Notes under the pieces: model-generated
The model's database searches: none
Told to the model about the DNA's origin: nothing
The model's input: only the letters and a program-made list of their open reading frames with translations
Translations under genes and position numbers: made by a program
Part shown: piece by piece, positions 1 through 7,612 of the stretch
How positions within the stretch are numbered: the stretch's first letter is position 1
Layout: each line of letters begins with the position of its first letter
Assembly (NCBI GenBank): GCA_963817385.1
Contig: CAWFOM010000013.1
Location: 1-28,315, forward strand
Direction: 5' to 3'
Length of the DNA: 28,315 nt
From: an uncultured delta proteobacterium
GTDB taxonomy: Bacteria; Desulfobacterota; Syntrophia; Syntrophales; UBA5619

Positions 1-605
1 TCGTGGGTGACGACGACCATCGTCATCCCTTCCGCCGCCAGGGTCCGCATCACCTCCAGGACCTCGCCGATCATCTCCGGGTCCAGCGCGCTGGTGGCCT
101 CGTCGAAGAGCATCACCTTCGGACTCATCGCCAGCGCCCGGGCGATGGCCACCCGCTGCTGCTGCCCGCCGGAGAGTTCGTGGGGGTAGCGATCCGCCTT
201 TTCCGTGATGCCGACCTTCGTAAGGAGCGCCATCGTCGTCTCCGCCGCTTCCGCGGGCGTCTTCTTCCGGACGCGAACCTGGGCGAGGTCGATATTTTCC
301 CGCACGCTCATGTGGGGGAAGAGGTTGAAGGATTGGAACACCATCCCCACCTCCTGGCGGATGAGGAGGCGGTTCTTCCGGTGGTGGTCGAGGGGGATCC
401 CGTCGATCACGATGGAGCCGTCGTCGATCTCCTCCAGACCGTTCAGGCATCGGAGGAAGGTGGACTTTCCCGAACCCGACGGGCCGATGACGACGACCAC
501 CTCGCCCCGTTGAACCGCGAGCGTGAAGCCGTCCAGGGCGACGACCCCGCCGGGGAAGGTTTTCGTGATATCCCGGGCATCGATGATCCGCTCGTCCGCC
601 GTCAT
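1..605 (-). CDS. Polar amino-acid ABC transporter ATP-binding protein (GlnQ-like), 3' end runs off the window
   Basis: Manual translation from ATG at 605: [20 protein letters not shown]..., Walker [10 protein letters not shown], signature [15 protein letters not shown], Walker [13 protein letters not shown]-loop VVVTHE. ATGA overlap with the upstream permease stop. Confidence 0.95.
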   Translation of the reverse strand, partial: MTADERIIDARDITKTFPGGVVALDGFTLAVQRGEVVVVIGPSGSGKSTFLRCLNGLEEIDDGSIVIDGIPLDHHRKNRLLIRQEVGMVFQSFNLFPHMSVRENIDLAQVRVRKKTPAEAAETTMALLTKVGITEKADRYPHELSGGQQQRVAIARALAMSPKVMLFDEATSALDPEMIGEVLEVMRTLAAEGMTMVVVTH

Positions 606-1432
606 GCGATGCCTCCAATCCCCCGGAGCGGGACGCCGTTCATCCGGTGCTCCATCATGCGGACGACGAGCGACAGGCCGAAAGTCATGATCAGGTAGAT
701 CGCCGCCACGGTGAACCAGATCTCGAAGGCGAGGAAGGTCTCCGCAACGATCTTCTGCCCTTGCATCGTGAGATCGTAGATGGCGATGGTGCTCACCAGG
801 GAGGAGTCCTTGATCAGCGAGATACCTTGGCCGGCCAAAGGCGGCAGGACGCGGCGGATGGCTTGGGGGAGAATCACGTCCCGGTAGGTGTCGAAGGCGC
901 CGAGGCCCAGGCTGTGGGCCGCCTCCCACTGCCCCCGGTGGAGGGAGACAATTCCCGCCCGGAGGATCTCCGCGGCGTAGGCGCCCTCGAAGAGGGAGAG
1001 CGCCAGGACCGCCGAGGCGAAGGCGCCGATGTCCAGGACCGGCGACAGGACGAAGTAAACGAAGAAAATCTGGATGAGGAGCGGCGTGTTCCGGATGAGC
1101 TCCAGGTAGCCGCGGGCCAGGGCCCGTGCGGAGAACGAAGCGGAGAGACGAAAGAGCGCCGTCGTGAGTCCCAGGACCAGGGTGCACAGAAGGGACAGGG
1201 CGGAGATCTCCAGCGTCACCAGGAGCCCCTCGAGAAGCGGTCCGGCCGTCCAGGCGCCCCCAGACGTCGAGAAGAGGAAGCGGGGGACGCGATACCACTG
1301 CCACTGATAGCCCAGGCCGCGGGTTGCCATCGTCAACAGCCAGACGGCGAGGCCCGCCAAGAGAAGGAACTTCCCGAAGTCGATAAAGGCCCTCCTGCGG
1401 AGAGCCGCGCTTCTGTGAAAAGGTGTGTTCAT
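602..1432 (-). CDS. Polar amino-acid ABC transporter permease (HisM/GlnP family)
   Basis: TLEISALS...[12 protein letters not shown]...[27 protein letters not shown] (EAA loop) and LIKDSSLVS. The ATG at 1432 is preferred over the longer ORF-track start. Confidence 0.92.
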   Translation of the reverse strand: MNTPFHRSAALRRRAFIDFGKFLLLAGLAVWLLTMATRGLGYQWQWYRVPRFLFSTSGGAWTAGPLLEGLLVTLEISALSLLCTLVLGLTTALFRLSASFSARALARGYLELIRNTPLLIQIFFVYFVLSPVLDIGAFASAVLALSLFEGAYAAEILRAGIVSLHRGQWEAAHSLGLGAFDTYRDVILPQAIRRVLPPLAGQGISLIKDSSLVSTIAIYDLTMQGQKIVAETFLAFEIWFTVAAIYLIMTFGLSLVVRMMEHRMNGVPLRGIGGIA

Positions 1433-1535
1433 CGCTGGAGATAATACCACAGATGCGCGAAGGATGGATGCGAAAAATTTCCGGTCTAACCGACCCGCGG
1501 CGATGATCACGGCGGATCAGCGACATGGGTCGTCT

Positions 1536-1742
1536 TCAGCCGTGCTGCCGCTGCCGCCAGGTCATGATGGGCTCTCCCCCGATCCCCCAGTTGTCCGTAT
1601 CGATCTCTTCGATGACGACTACGGTGCTGGCGGGATTCTTCCCCAGGACGTCCACGAGGAGCTGCGTGGCCCCCTTGATGAGTCTCTCCTTCTGCTCCTT
1701 CGTGGCGCCTTCCCGGGTGATCTTGATGTTCACGTAGGGCAT
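1536..1742 (-). CDS. 4-oxalocrotonate tautomerase family protein (68 aa)
   Basis: MPYVNIKITREGATKEQKERLI...VVVIEEIDTDNWGIGG, with catalytic Pro-1 after Met removal and typical length. Confidence 0.92.
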   Translation of the reverse strand: MPYVNIKITREGATKEQKERLIKGATQLLVDVLGKNPASTVVVIEEIDTDNWGIGGEPIMTWRQRQHG

Positions 1743-1752
1743 GGTTTTCTCC

Positions 1753-2205
1753 CTATTTCTCAAAAATCCACTTGTCCACGTCGCGGCCCCAGGAGACCAG
1801 TTCATCCTTTTTGAACCACAGCGCGGCTTCCTTCCCGCCGTTTTCGGGGCTGTCGGAGGCGTGCGTGATGTTGCGGCCCACCTCCAGGGCGAAGTCGTGG
1901 CGGATGGTGCCCGGAGCGGCCTCCAGGGGGCGCGTCGCGCCCATCGTCTGGCGGATGGCGGCCACTGCATTGGGGCCTTCCCAGACCATCGCCATCACCG
2001 GCGCGGAGGTGATATAGGCAATCAGGCCATCATAAAACGGCTTGCCCTTGTGAATAGCATAGTGCTCTTCGGCAAGCGCGTTGCTCACCTTCATGAATTT
2101 CGCCCCCACCAGGAGCAGGCCGCGCCGCTCCAGGCGGGCAATCACCTTGCCAATCAGGCCGCGCTGCACACCATCGGGTTTAACCAAAACCAGAGAACGT
2201 TCCAC
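1753..2205 (-). CDS. ndk: Nucleoside diphosphate kinase
   Basis: ERSLVLVKPDGVQRGLIG, APGTIR, RNITHASDS (phospho-His motif); GTG start with GGAGGT RBS. Confidence 0.98.
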   Translation of the reverse strand: MERSLVLVKPDGVQRGLIGKVIARLERRGLLLVGAKFMKVSNALAEEHYAIHKGKPFYDGLIAYITSAPVMAMVWEGPNAVAAIRQTMGATRPLEAAPGTIRHDFALEVGRNITHASDSPENGGKEAALWFKKDELVSWGRDVDKWIFEK

Positions 2206-2228
2206 TTTCTACCTCCCGTAATCATATT

Positions 2229-2257
2229 AGTGTAAGATCCTTCGGCCGCCGCAACAA
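2229..2257 (-). promoter_or_regulatory. Putative sigma70 promoter of ndk
   Basis: Minus strand TTGTTG-17 bp-TACACT upstream of the ndk RBS. Confidence 0.5.
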
Positions 2258-2789
2258 ATCTTCCGTTTTCTCCTGTGCATCCGGCGGATGATTGTCGATG
2301 GCAACCGGTTTATAGGCCGAGGAAGGATACGAAGAACGGTCCCGCATGTCTGTGGGGTAATAAATACTATAGACTTCTTACATAGAAAACTGTATCGGAG
2401 CGTTATAATGGAAAGGAGGTGTGTGGATATGAGGAAATAATAAGCTGTGTAAGATTAGAGAAGTCATCGAAGCATTAAAACACTCGGGACGAGGCGTTCA
2501 ATAAGTTTCTGCCCAAGCATCTGAAAATCATCTGAAATTCATTGACAAACAAGGGATAACATGATTGGCTGACTCAGCTTTTCCGGCTGAAGACTTCGAG
2601 CCGCATGACCGCTTCGCAGATTTCTTTCCATTAGACGTTCTTTGATAGGATCAGAAGGTTTTTATGCCGATCCATATAAGATGCCATAATAAAAACAATG
2701 GGCATATGCAAATAGTTGATACAAAAATATTTATGACTGATAAACCGCCTTTTTCATCGGCTTTTTATACGGCAAATAGTGCGGTGTTT

Positions 2790-2836
2790 AGTTTTTTATA
2801 TGGACCCATATAAGCAATGTTAAAGCAATGTTAGGC
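2790..2836 (+). other. attI-like integron recombination site at the head of the cassette array
   Basis: Core GTTAGGC (GTTRRRY) at 2830-2836 exactly complements the GCCTAAC ending cassette 1. It is preceded by AT-rich non-hairpin sequence and lies in an 11-bp tandem repeat AAGCAATGTTA x2 (2812-2833). Confidence 0.55.
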
Positions 2837-2851
2837 CCCACAGGAAAGAAC

Positions 2852-3304
2852 ATGAACACTCAGGCGCTTCTGCGCTCACTTAATGCGACTGACCTCACCA
2901 TTGAAGCACCAGCGCTGATCGCCTGGGACATCGGTGCTGTCTCCACCGCGGAGGAAGTCGCAAACTTCATGTATCAGGGTGGCCGCTTCCCTCCACAGGC
3001 ATCAACGAGGCCACCGCCAACTGAGGACCGACGCCCCGACCGAAAGTACTGGGAGTTCGTGAAGACCGAGATGCACGTCTTTCTATGTACGGACGACAAG
3101 AAGTACCGAGCGCTCTGGAAGCAGATCAACGATCTTCAGAAGAAATCAACCACCGCGATCGTCGGGGTAGTCGCAACATTCCTTGGAGCCAGCGTTGGCG
3201 CACCGGCCACACTCCTTGCAGGTTTCATCGCCGTTTGTCTCTATGCAGCTCTCAAGGTTGGCAAAGAAGCGTATTGCAGCTATGCCTCGAAGAGTGGGGC
3301 CTAA
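2852..3304 (+). CDS. Hypothetical cassette protein (150 aa) with C-terminal hydrophobic hairpin
   Basis: ATG at 2852 after AGGAAAG; stop TAA lies inside R'' GCCTAAC; hydrophobic segment AIVGVVATFLGASVGAPATLLAGFIAVCLYAAL. Confidence 0.8.
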   Translation: MNTQALLRSLNATDLTIEAPALIAWDIGAVSTAEEVANFMYQGGRFPPQASTRPPPTEDRRPDRKYWEFVKTEMHVFLCTDDKKYRALWKQINDLQKKSTTAIVGVVATFLGASVGAPATLLAGFIAVCLYAALKVGKEAYCSYASKSGA

Positions 3305-3331
3305 CCACCGCCTCGATGCGGGACGCTAGGG
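3299..3331 (+). repeat. Truncated attC site 1
   Basis: R'' GCCTAAC followed only about 20 bp later by the mutated core GCTAGGG(AC), which matches the reverse complement of GTCCCTAAC at the end of cassette 2. The central stem is missing. Confidence 0.65.
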
Positions 3332-3341
3332 ACATAACACA

Positions 3342-4004
3342 ATGGAAGCTTTTGATTTTACCCACCAAGAATTTTGTGCTTCTGACTGGGAAGCAAAATT
3401 GAAATTTTTCATTGAAACCTTGGATTGCACAGACAACATTATATGGCATAGAAAGCGAAAACATAAAAAGATAAATGAAGAGCTCGCTACATTAGGATAC
3501 TACGTGAAGTATCGATATGGAGAAGATAAGAGTATTACTTTTAAATTAAACGAAACTGAAGGTAAAGTTGACGGGTGGATTTATAAATATGGTGCCCAAA
3601 TTGAATCCGTTCAGATTGTTATAGCATACTATGAGCAGGAAGAAGCAACTATCGACGAGAAAAGGATGAGAGGCAAACATGTTGTTCCTGCCGGGTGGGT
3701 TGGAGATAGGATTAAATTATTGAAAAACCGGCTAAAAAGAAGAATCACAAAGAAATCAACCATGGATTATCAAAATATTGATACTCTATTGGTTGGAGTA
3801 CGTTTCTTGTTCGTACATCGCATTAACAATGAGTACCTTGAGCAAAAGGTCAATGTTGTTAAATATATTGAATCAAGTATACAAAATTCATATTTTAAAC
3901 AGGTTGCATTGGTTGACGCTGATTTTGTTGGTGCAGGCAAGCTGCTAATCGTCCCTAACCCGTCGCTAAAGTCGATCGCGGCCACAGGGGGCGCTCCGGC
4001 TTAG
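3342..4004 (+). CDS. Hypothetical AT-rich cassette protein (220 aa), possibly restriction-endonuclease-like fold
   Basis: Long Lys-rich ORF in AT-rich DNA with an EEL...KVDGWI...ESVQIV acidic motif pattern. It reads through attC2 and stops in L'. Confidence 0.75.
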   Translation: MEAFDFTHQEFCASDWEAKLKFFIETLDCTDNIIWHRKRKHKKINEELATLGYYVKYRYGEDKSITFKLNETEGKVDGWIYKYGAQIESVQIVIAYYEQEEATIDEKRMRGKHVVPAGWVGDRIKLLKNRLKRRITKKSTMDYQNIDTLLVGVRFLFVHRINNEYLEQKVNVVKYIESSIQNSYFKQVALVDADFVGAGKLLIVPNPSLKSIAATGGAPA

Positions 4005-4017
4005 CTTTTCGTTCGGC
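3953..4017 (+). repeat. attC site 2
   Basis: R'' CCCTAAC, L'' GCTAAAG (3965-3971) pairing with L' CTTAGC (4000-4005) with one extrahelical base, R' GTTCGGC; 65 bp. Confidence 0.85.
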
Positions 4018-4055
4018 ATAATAAAATTTGATACAGAAAATATGAGGGTATTCAT

Positions 4056-4886
4056 ATGAGTAACGAGCAAGATAAAGTGATTAAACCAAAGATGCTGCGT
4101 TCAATTCAGGTAATCGTAATGCTGGTTACTGCATTTCTGCTTGGTGCACACGTAGTGAAATGGGATGCGATACAGGTTGATACTGTTACTCTCGCTCTCC
4201 TCGGATTGTTACTTCTGATACCTTTCGCGGAGTTTATCCGCAAGATAAAACTGGGAGACTTTGAGGCGGAAATTGGAAAAGACGAAATTGCAAAAATACA
4301 GGCAAAAGCGGCAGCTGAATTGCCTTCTCCCTCAACAGAAGAATTAGTCATTTCTGAAGAGGAAATCAGAGATCTTCTTGCTACTGATCCCCGTTTAGCC
4401 TTGGCTAAAATCCGTATTGAGCTTGAGGAGGCATTAAAAAGACTGTATTTAGCTTCCGTCGATCCACAACCTGATTTGCGGAGGTTGAGTCTTGGCCGCT
4501 TGGTTGATAGCCTTGTCCAGCGCGAAGTTTTGAAAGGCTCCGTTGCTAGTGCGCTACGCGATGTTGTCAATATCGCTAATAGAGCAATCCATGGCGAGCG
4601 CGTAGAACCAGGCGCAGCAGAAGACCTGGCGTTATTAGGTACTCGATTAGTTAATGAATTGAACCAAACTTATTTAGAACACATTTTGAAGCCGGTCGAG
4701 AAAACCATAATTTCAACGGAAGAGGTTGATCAATATCGAAATGCTAAATTCAAAGTCACTACAATTGTGCCGCTGGTAGATAATCCAGTAAAGAATACTT
4801 ACGTACTTGACCAAGATGCTTTAGATTCGTTCATTGAGGGCTATCAAGAGTATGCTGAGTTCATTATATCCATTGAAAGAATATAG
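4056..4886 (+). CDS. Cassette protein: two N-terminal TM helices plus DUF4145/HEPN-like helical domain
   Basis: TM segments IQVIVMLVTAFLLGAHVV and VTLALLGLLLLIPFA; LAKIRIELEEALKRL...SLGRLVDSL...NIANRAIHG pattern. Confidence 0.8.
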   Translation: MSNEQDKVIKPKMLRSIQVIVMLVTAFLLGAHVVKWDAIQVDTVTLALLGLLLLIPFAEFIRKIKLGDFEAEIGKDEIAKIQAKAAAELPSPSTEELVISEEEIRDLLATDPRLALAKIRIELEEALKRLYLASVDPQPDLRRLSLGRLVDSLVQREVLKGSVASALRDVVNIANRAIHGERVEPGAAEDLALLGTRLVNELNQTYLEHILKPVEKTIISTEEVDQYRNAKFKVTTIVPLVDNPVKNTYVLDQDALDSFIEGYQEYAEFIISIERI

Positions 4887-4899
4887 AAAAGACGGCAGC

Positions 4900-4988
4900 G
4901 CCGAACAATAAAATCGAGGCGACCGGGAATAGCCGCTTACTTTTTTTCAAAGGTTGGTTGCCCCGTCGCCTCATTTAAGTCGTTAGCA
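4900..4988 (+). repeat. attC site 3
   Basis: R'' GCCGAAC (exact complement of the cassette start GTTCGGC), AAATCGAGGCGAC pairing with GTCGCCTCATTT with one extrahelical base, R' GTTAGCA; 89 bp. Confidence 0.9.
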
Positions 4989-5063
4989 CACAGGGCATAG
5001 AGTAGCGTTACAAAGAGCCTGCGTTGCATTCCGATAATCTTATACAGTGTAAAAGGAGGAGTT

Positions 5064-6206
5064 ATGAAAACGATTTCGCGCTTCATGATGGGTACCGTTG
5101 CGCGGATGGTTCTTGCCGCCACTTTTTTGGTGTCCCCATTATTCAGCAGTTGCGCCCACACCGCAGTGGATGGCCCGGTGCGGGGCCAGGAGGTTGTTTT
5201 CTTCCCTTCTCCCGCCTCAGTTTTAAGCGACAACCAGTACCTTCTTACCATTCAGGGCCGCGTCTTCGAGCCAACCGAAAAAAGCCGGGCTCGTGAAGCA
5301 CTAATAGACGTTCTCGCACCGCTGGTAAGGGCCCGTCCCTCAGACCCGCTTTTCCGCGAACGTGCTCGTTATTTTTTGTCCGACAGCAACAGAAACACAA
5401 TTATCTCCGTGAAAGTCGGTGACCAGGTCATTGTTCTACCTGCTTCCGATCCAGCTGGTTACTTCACCGGCAACATCACGCTGACGGGTGACGAGGTCAC
5501 GAAACTCGCCAAGGGCGGCATGATCTCGTTTCAGTCCGTGCCCACTGCCACCAATCCGAGGTGTTTCTCAGGCAGCGTAATGCTTGTGCCGGAAGAGTGG
5601 GTTACCGTGATCACGGACATGGATGACACCATCAAGATTACCGACATACTCAACCATAACGAGAAGATGGCAAACACGTTCTTGCGGCCGTTCAGAGCCG
5701 TGCCTGGAATGCCGGCCCTCTACCGCTCATGGATGGAGGCGCTCGGCCCTCGCATCCACTTCCACGTCGTGTCTGCCGGGCCCTGGCAGTTCAATGAGCC
5801 GCTCCGCCGATTTACCGAGGAAGCCGGGTTCCCTGACTTCACCTGGGATATGCGCTCCGTTGACATTGGGGATCCCTCGGTCCTTCTCAAAGAGATGAAC
5901 CCGGATCCGAATGACACGTATGAATTCAAGCTTCAGAAGATTCGAGCATTCATGGCCCGCTTCCGCCAGCGCCACGTCGTGCTCGTGGGTGATTCCGGCG
6001 AAAAAGATCCGGAAGTATATGCGAAGATCCTCTCAGATTATCCGAATCGCGTGGATGCCGTCTTCATCCGAAACGTAAGCCGCGAAGACCAGAAAGATCG
6101 GTATGAGAAGCTCTTTCGGAGCAAAGAAGCGGCAGCGAAATTCCGCGTGTTCCTGGATCCGAAGGAGCTTTCGCCTCTTACTCCCCCACCGGGCGCAAAG
6201 CGCTAA
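5064..6206 (+). CDS. App1-family (DUF2183) phosphatidate phosphatase-like HAD protein, probable lipoprotein
   Basis: DxDxT motif TDMDDTIK, VSAGPWQ, LVGDSGEKDPEVY, IFIRNV-like motif (VFIRNV); signal peptide ending LFSSC; AGGAGGAG RBS. Confidence 0.88.
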   Translation: MKTISRFMMGTVARMVLAATFLVSPLFSSCAHTAVDGPVRGQEVVFFPSPASVLSDNQYLLTIQGRVFEPTEKSRAREALIDVLAPLVRARPSDPLFRERARYFLSDSNRNTIISVKVGDQVIVLPASDPAGYFTGNITLTGDEVTKLAKGGMISFQSVPTATNPRCFSGSVMLVPEEWVTVITDMDDTIKITDILNHNEKMANTFLRPFRAVPGMPALYRSWMEALGPRIHFHVVSAGPWQFNEPLRRFTEEAGFPDFTWDMRSVDIGDPSVLLKEMNPDPNDTYEFKLQKIRAFMARFRQRHVVLVGDSGEKDPEVYAKILSDYPNRVDAVFIRNVSREDQKDRYEKLFRSKEAAAKFRVFLDPKELSPLTPPPGAKR

Positions 6207-6267
6207 CCTCCCCATTGAGCGGACAGCCACCGGCAAGCCGGTGTCCCGCTCATGTCGAACGTTAGAG
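6201..6267 (+). repeat. attC site 4
   Basis: R'' CGCTAAC overlapping the stop codon, CATTGAGCGG pairing with CCGCTCATG with one extrahelical base, inner stem CACCGGC-AA-GCCGGTG, R' GTTAGAG; 67 bp. Confidence 0.92.
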
Positions 6268-6282
6268 CTAATTGGGGAAATT

Positions 6283-6465
6283 ATGCAGAGAGAACATCTT
6301 GCAGAATTGTTGCAATTTGTTCAACCGGAAGATCGAATTTGCCCTGCACCTGGTAAATGGCACATTTGTGGGAGATGCTCCCCGACAGAAAAAGTCATTC
6401 TCGATATTGTCGACCAATATCTTCGTAATCTCAGTCAAAACAACCGGCACTTCGTCGACAAATAA
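6283..6465 (+). pseudogene. Eroded small cassette gene (MQREHLAELLQFVQPEDRICP...)
   Basis: Starts directly after the attC4 core. An alternative frame from about 6366 reads LWEMLPDRK, suggesting a frameshift plus internal deletion. No attC follows. Confidence 0.45.
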
Positions 6466-6481
6466 AAATATCACTTTTCTT

Positions 6482-6510
6482 TTGCCTCGGTATAGCAAAT
6501 ATGCTATAAA
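6482..6510 (+). promoter_or_regulatory. TA operon promoter with palindromic operator
   Basis: TTGCCT-17 bp-TATAAA (with upstream TG), overlapped by the inverted repeat TATAGCA-AATA-TGCTATA (6491-6508). Confidence 0.7.
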
Positions 6511-6516
6511 ATATTC

Positions 6517-6663
6517 GTGAACTGGACAATCACCTACTTCAGTGAATCGGTACAAAATGAAATCCTGGCCATGCCCGCAGGCTTTCTTGGGCGGTATCTT
6601 CGATATTCAGACAGGATGGATGTTGTTGGCCCGATGAGGGACGTAAAGAATGCTCACACATAA
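6517..6663 (+). pseudogene. Internally deleted RelE/HigB-like (Gp49/DUF891-type) toxin, 48 aa
   Basis: Not in the ORF track. GTG start, MNWTITYFSESVQNEILAMPAGFLGRYLRYSDRMDVVGP fused directly to MRDVKNAHT*; overlaps the antitoxin start. Confidence 0.75.
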
Positions 6664-6997
6664 AGAACTTAAGGCACGCGCGCTCAAACGCGCAGACGTT
6701 AAGGCCGAGTATGACCAGCTTAATGAAGAGTTTGCTCTTCTGGATGAATTTCTGAAAGCGCGTGCGGCGGCCGGTATAACTCAGGCGGAGGTTGCCGAAC
6801 GCATCGGCACAACTCAGTCCGCAGTGGCGCGCCTGGAATCAGGGAGCGGAATGCATTCACCCGCGCTCTCAACATTGCAAAAGTACGCTCGTGCCCTCGG
6901 TTGCCGCCTTGAGTTGCGATTGGTCAAAGAGGCTACGAAGGTGAACGGTCTCACAAAACGCCCAACCGGACGCGCGAAAAAGCTGCGTGCCTATTAG
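6650..6997 (+). CDS. XRE-family HTH antitoxin (HigA-like)
   Basis: ARAAAGITQAEVAERIGTTQSAVARLESG...PALSTLQKYARALG HTH_3 motif; downstream of the toxin remnant. Confidence 0.9.
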   Translation: MLTHKELKARALKRADVKAEYDQLNEEFALLDEFLKARAAAGITQAEVAERIGTTQSAVARLESGSGMHSPALSTLQKYARALGCRLELRLVKEATKVNGLTKRPTGRAKKLRAY

Positions 6998-7011
6998 CTG
7001 CATTGCTCGCA
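6948..7011 (+). repeat. Degenerate attC site 5
   Basis: GTCTCAC (R''-like), GCCCAACC...TTAGC, inner CGCG-GAAAAAG-type loop, core eroded to GCTCGCA; spacing fits an attC. Confidence 0.45.
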
Positions 7012-7040
7012 GGGCAGCACGGTCGAGAATGCGAGGCAGA

Positions 7041-7517
7041 ATGACTAAGAAGAACCTGGCAGTGATGATGGAGTGGCTTCGGCCGGCTGGTATAGGGCTT
7101 GCCATTTTCTTCGCCTACTATCTGTGCAAAGACGCGGTATCGCGATTTCATATCATGGGGCCGTTCGTGGTAATGTGCATGTCCGGCACGGTGGCCTTTG
7201 AATCTCTGGTACTGGGCGACGCGGCCTCCGAGAAAATCGGCTATGAGCCCAATCGTGCGTATCAGATTCAATCGGGCCTGGCCAATGCGGCCACAGCCGT
7301 CACGGCCCTGCTCGTTTATGTGCTGGACTGGGGGCGATATGCGGATGCCACCATCGTTACCGCGATGCTCATGTTCTTTACGTTCTCGGCTGTCAATCAT
7401 GTCGCCACGGCCGTCCTGAATGGGAACCTTAAACCTGTCAATTTACTGCGGCCGGTCATGGCGCTGGTATTGATTGGCTTCCTCGTTCCCCCCATGATCA
7501 AGGCGCTGAATCAATGA
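7041..7517 (+). CDS. Integral membrane protein of unknown function (DUF6790-like)
   Basis: Several hydrophobic helices; IGYEPNRAYQIQSGLANAA and AVNHV motifs; ATG at 7041 after GAGG. Confidence 0.75.
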   Translation: MTKKNLAVMMEWLRPAGIGLAIFFAYYLCKDAVSRFHIMGPFVVMCMSGTVAFESLVLGDAASEKIGYEPNRAYQIQSGLANAATAVTALLVYVLDWGRYADATIVTAMLMFFTFSAVNHVATAVLNGNLKPVNLLRPVMALVLIGFLVPPMIKALNQ

Positions 7518-7546
7518 ATCAGTGTGCGGCGCGCAGGAGAATGAAA

Positions 7547-7605
7547 ACCGAACCGATCAATACACCGGCCACACGTTTCCCGTGCCGGTGATCCTTACGT
7601 GAGAG
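7547..7605 (+). repeat. Degenerate attC site 6
   Basis: R'' ACCGAAC, ATACACCGGC pairing with GCCGGTGAT with one extrahelical base, core mutated to GTGAGAG, 8 bp before the next ATG. Confidence 0.6.
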
Positions 7606-7612
7606 GCATCCA

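Noticed and set aside
3..698. 231-aa plus-strand ORF and the many other long antisense ORFs (e.g. 14994-16424, 18307-19893)
   Set aside because: These are shadow ORFs opposite well-supported genes, as expected in GC-rich DNA.
1753..2205. Impression that ndk resembles Chloroflexota-type sequences (possible horizontal transfer)
   Set aside because: Based only on recollection of sequence style; it needs a phylogeny, which cannot be run here.
2404..2503. TATAAT plus strong SD (AAGGAGGT), followed by a fragment reading KIREVIEALKHSG reminiscent of a HicA N-terminus
   Set aside because: The ATG after the SD gives only MRK-stop, and the fragment is too short to support a call.
2206..2800. Integron integrase gene or remnant upstream of the array
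   Set aside because: Only short ORFs were seen in the frames I read, with no tyrosine-recombinase motifs (R-H-R-H-Y, HTLRHSFATH).
3299..7605. CRISPR array or ordinary terminators as an explanation for the intergenic palindromes
   Set aside because: The repeats are non-identical, are separated by whole genes, and have RYYYAAC/GTTRRRY-type ends with extrahelical bases, which is attC architecture. No cas genes are present.
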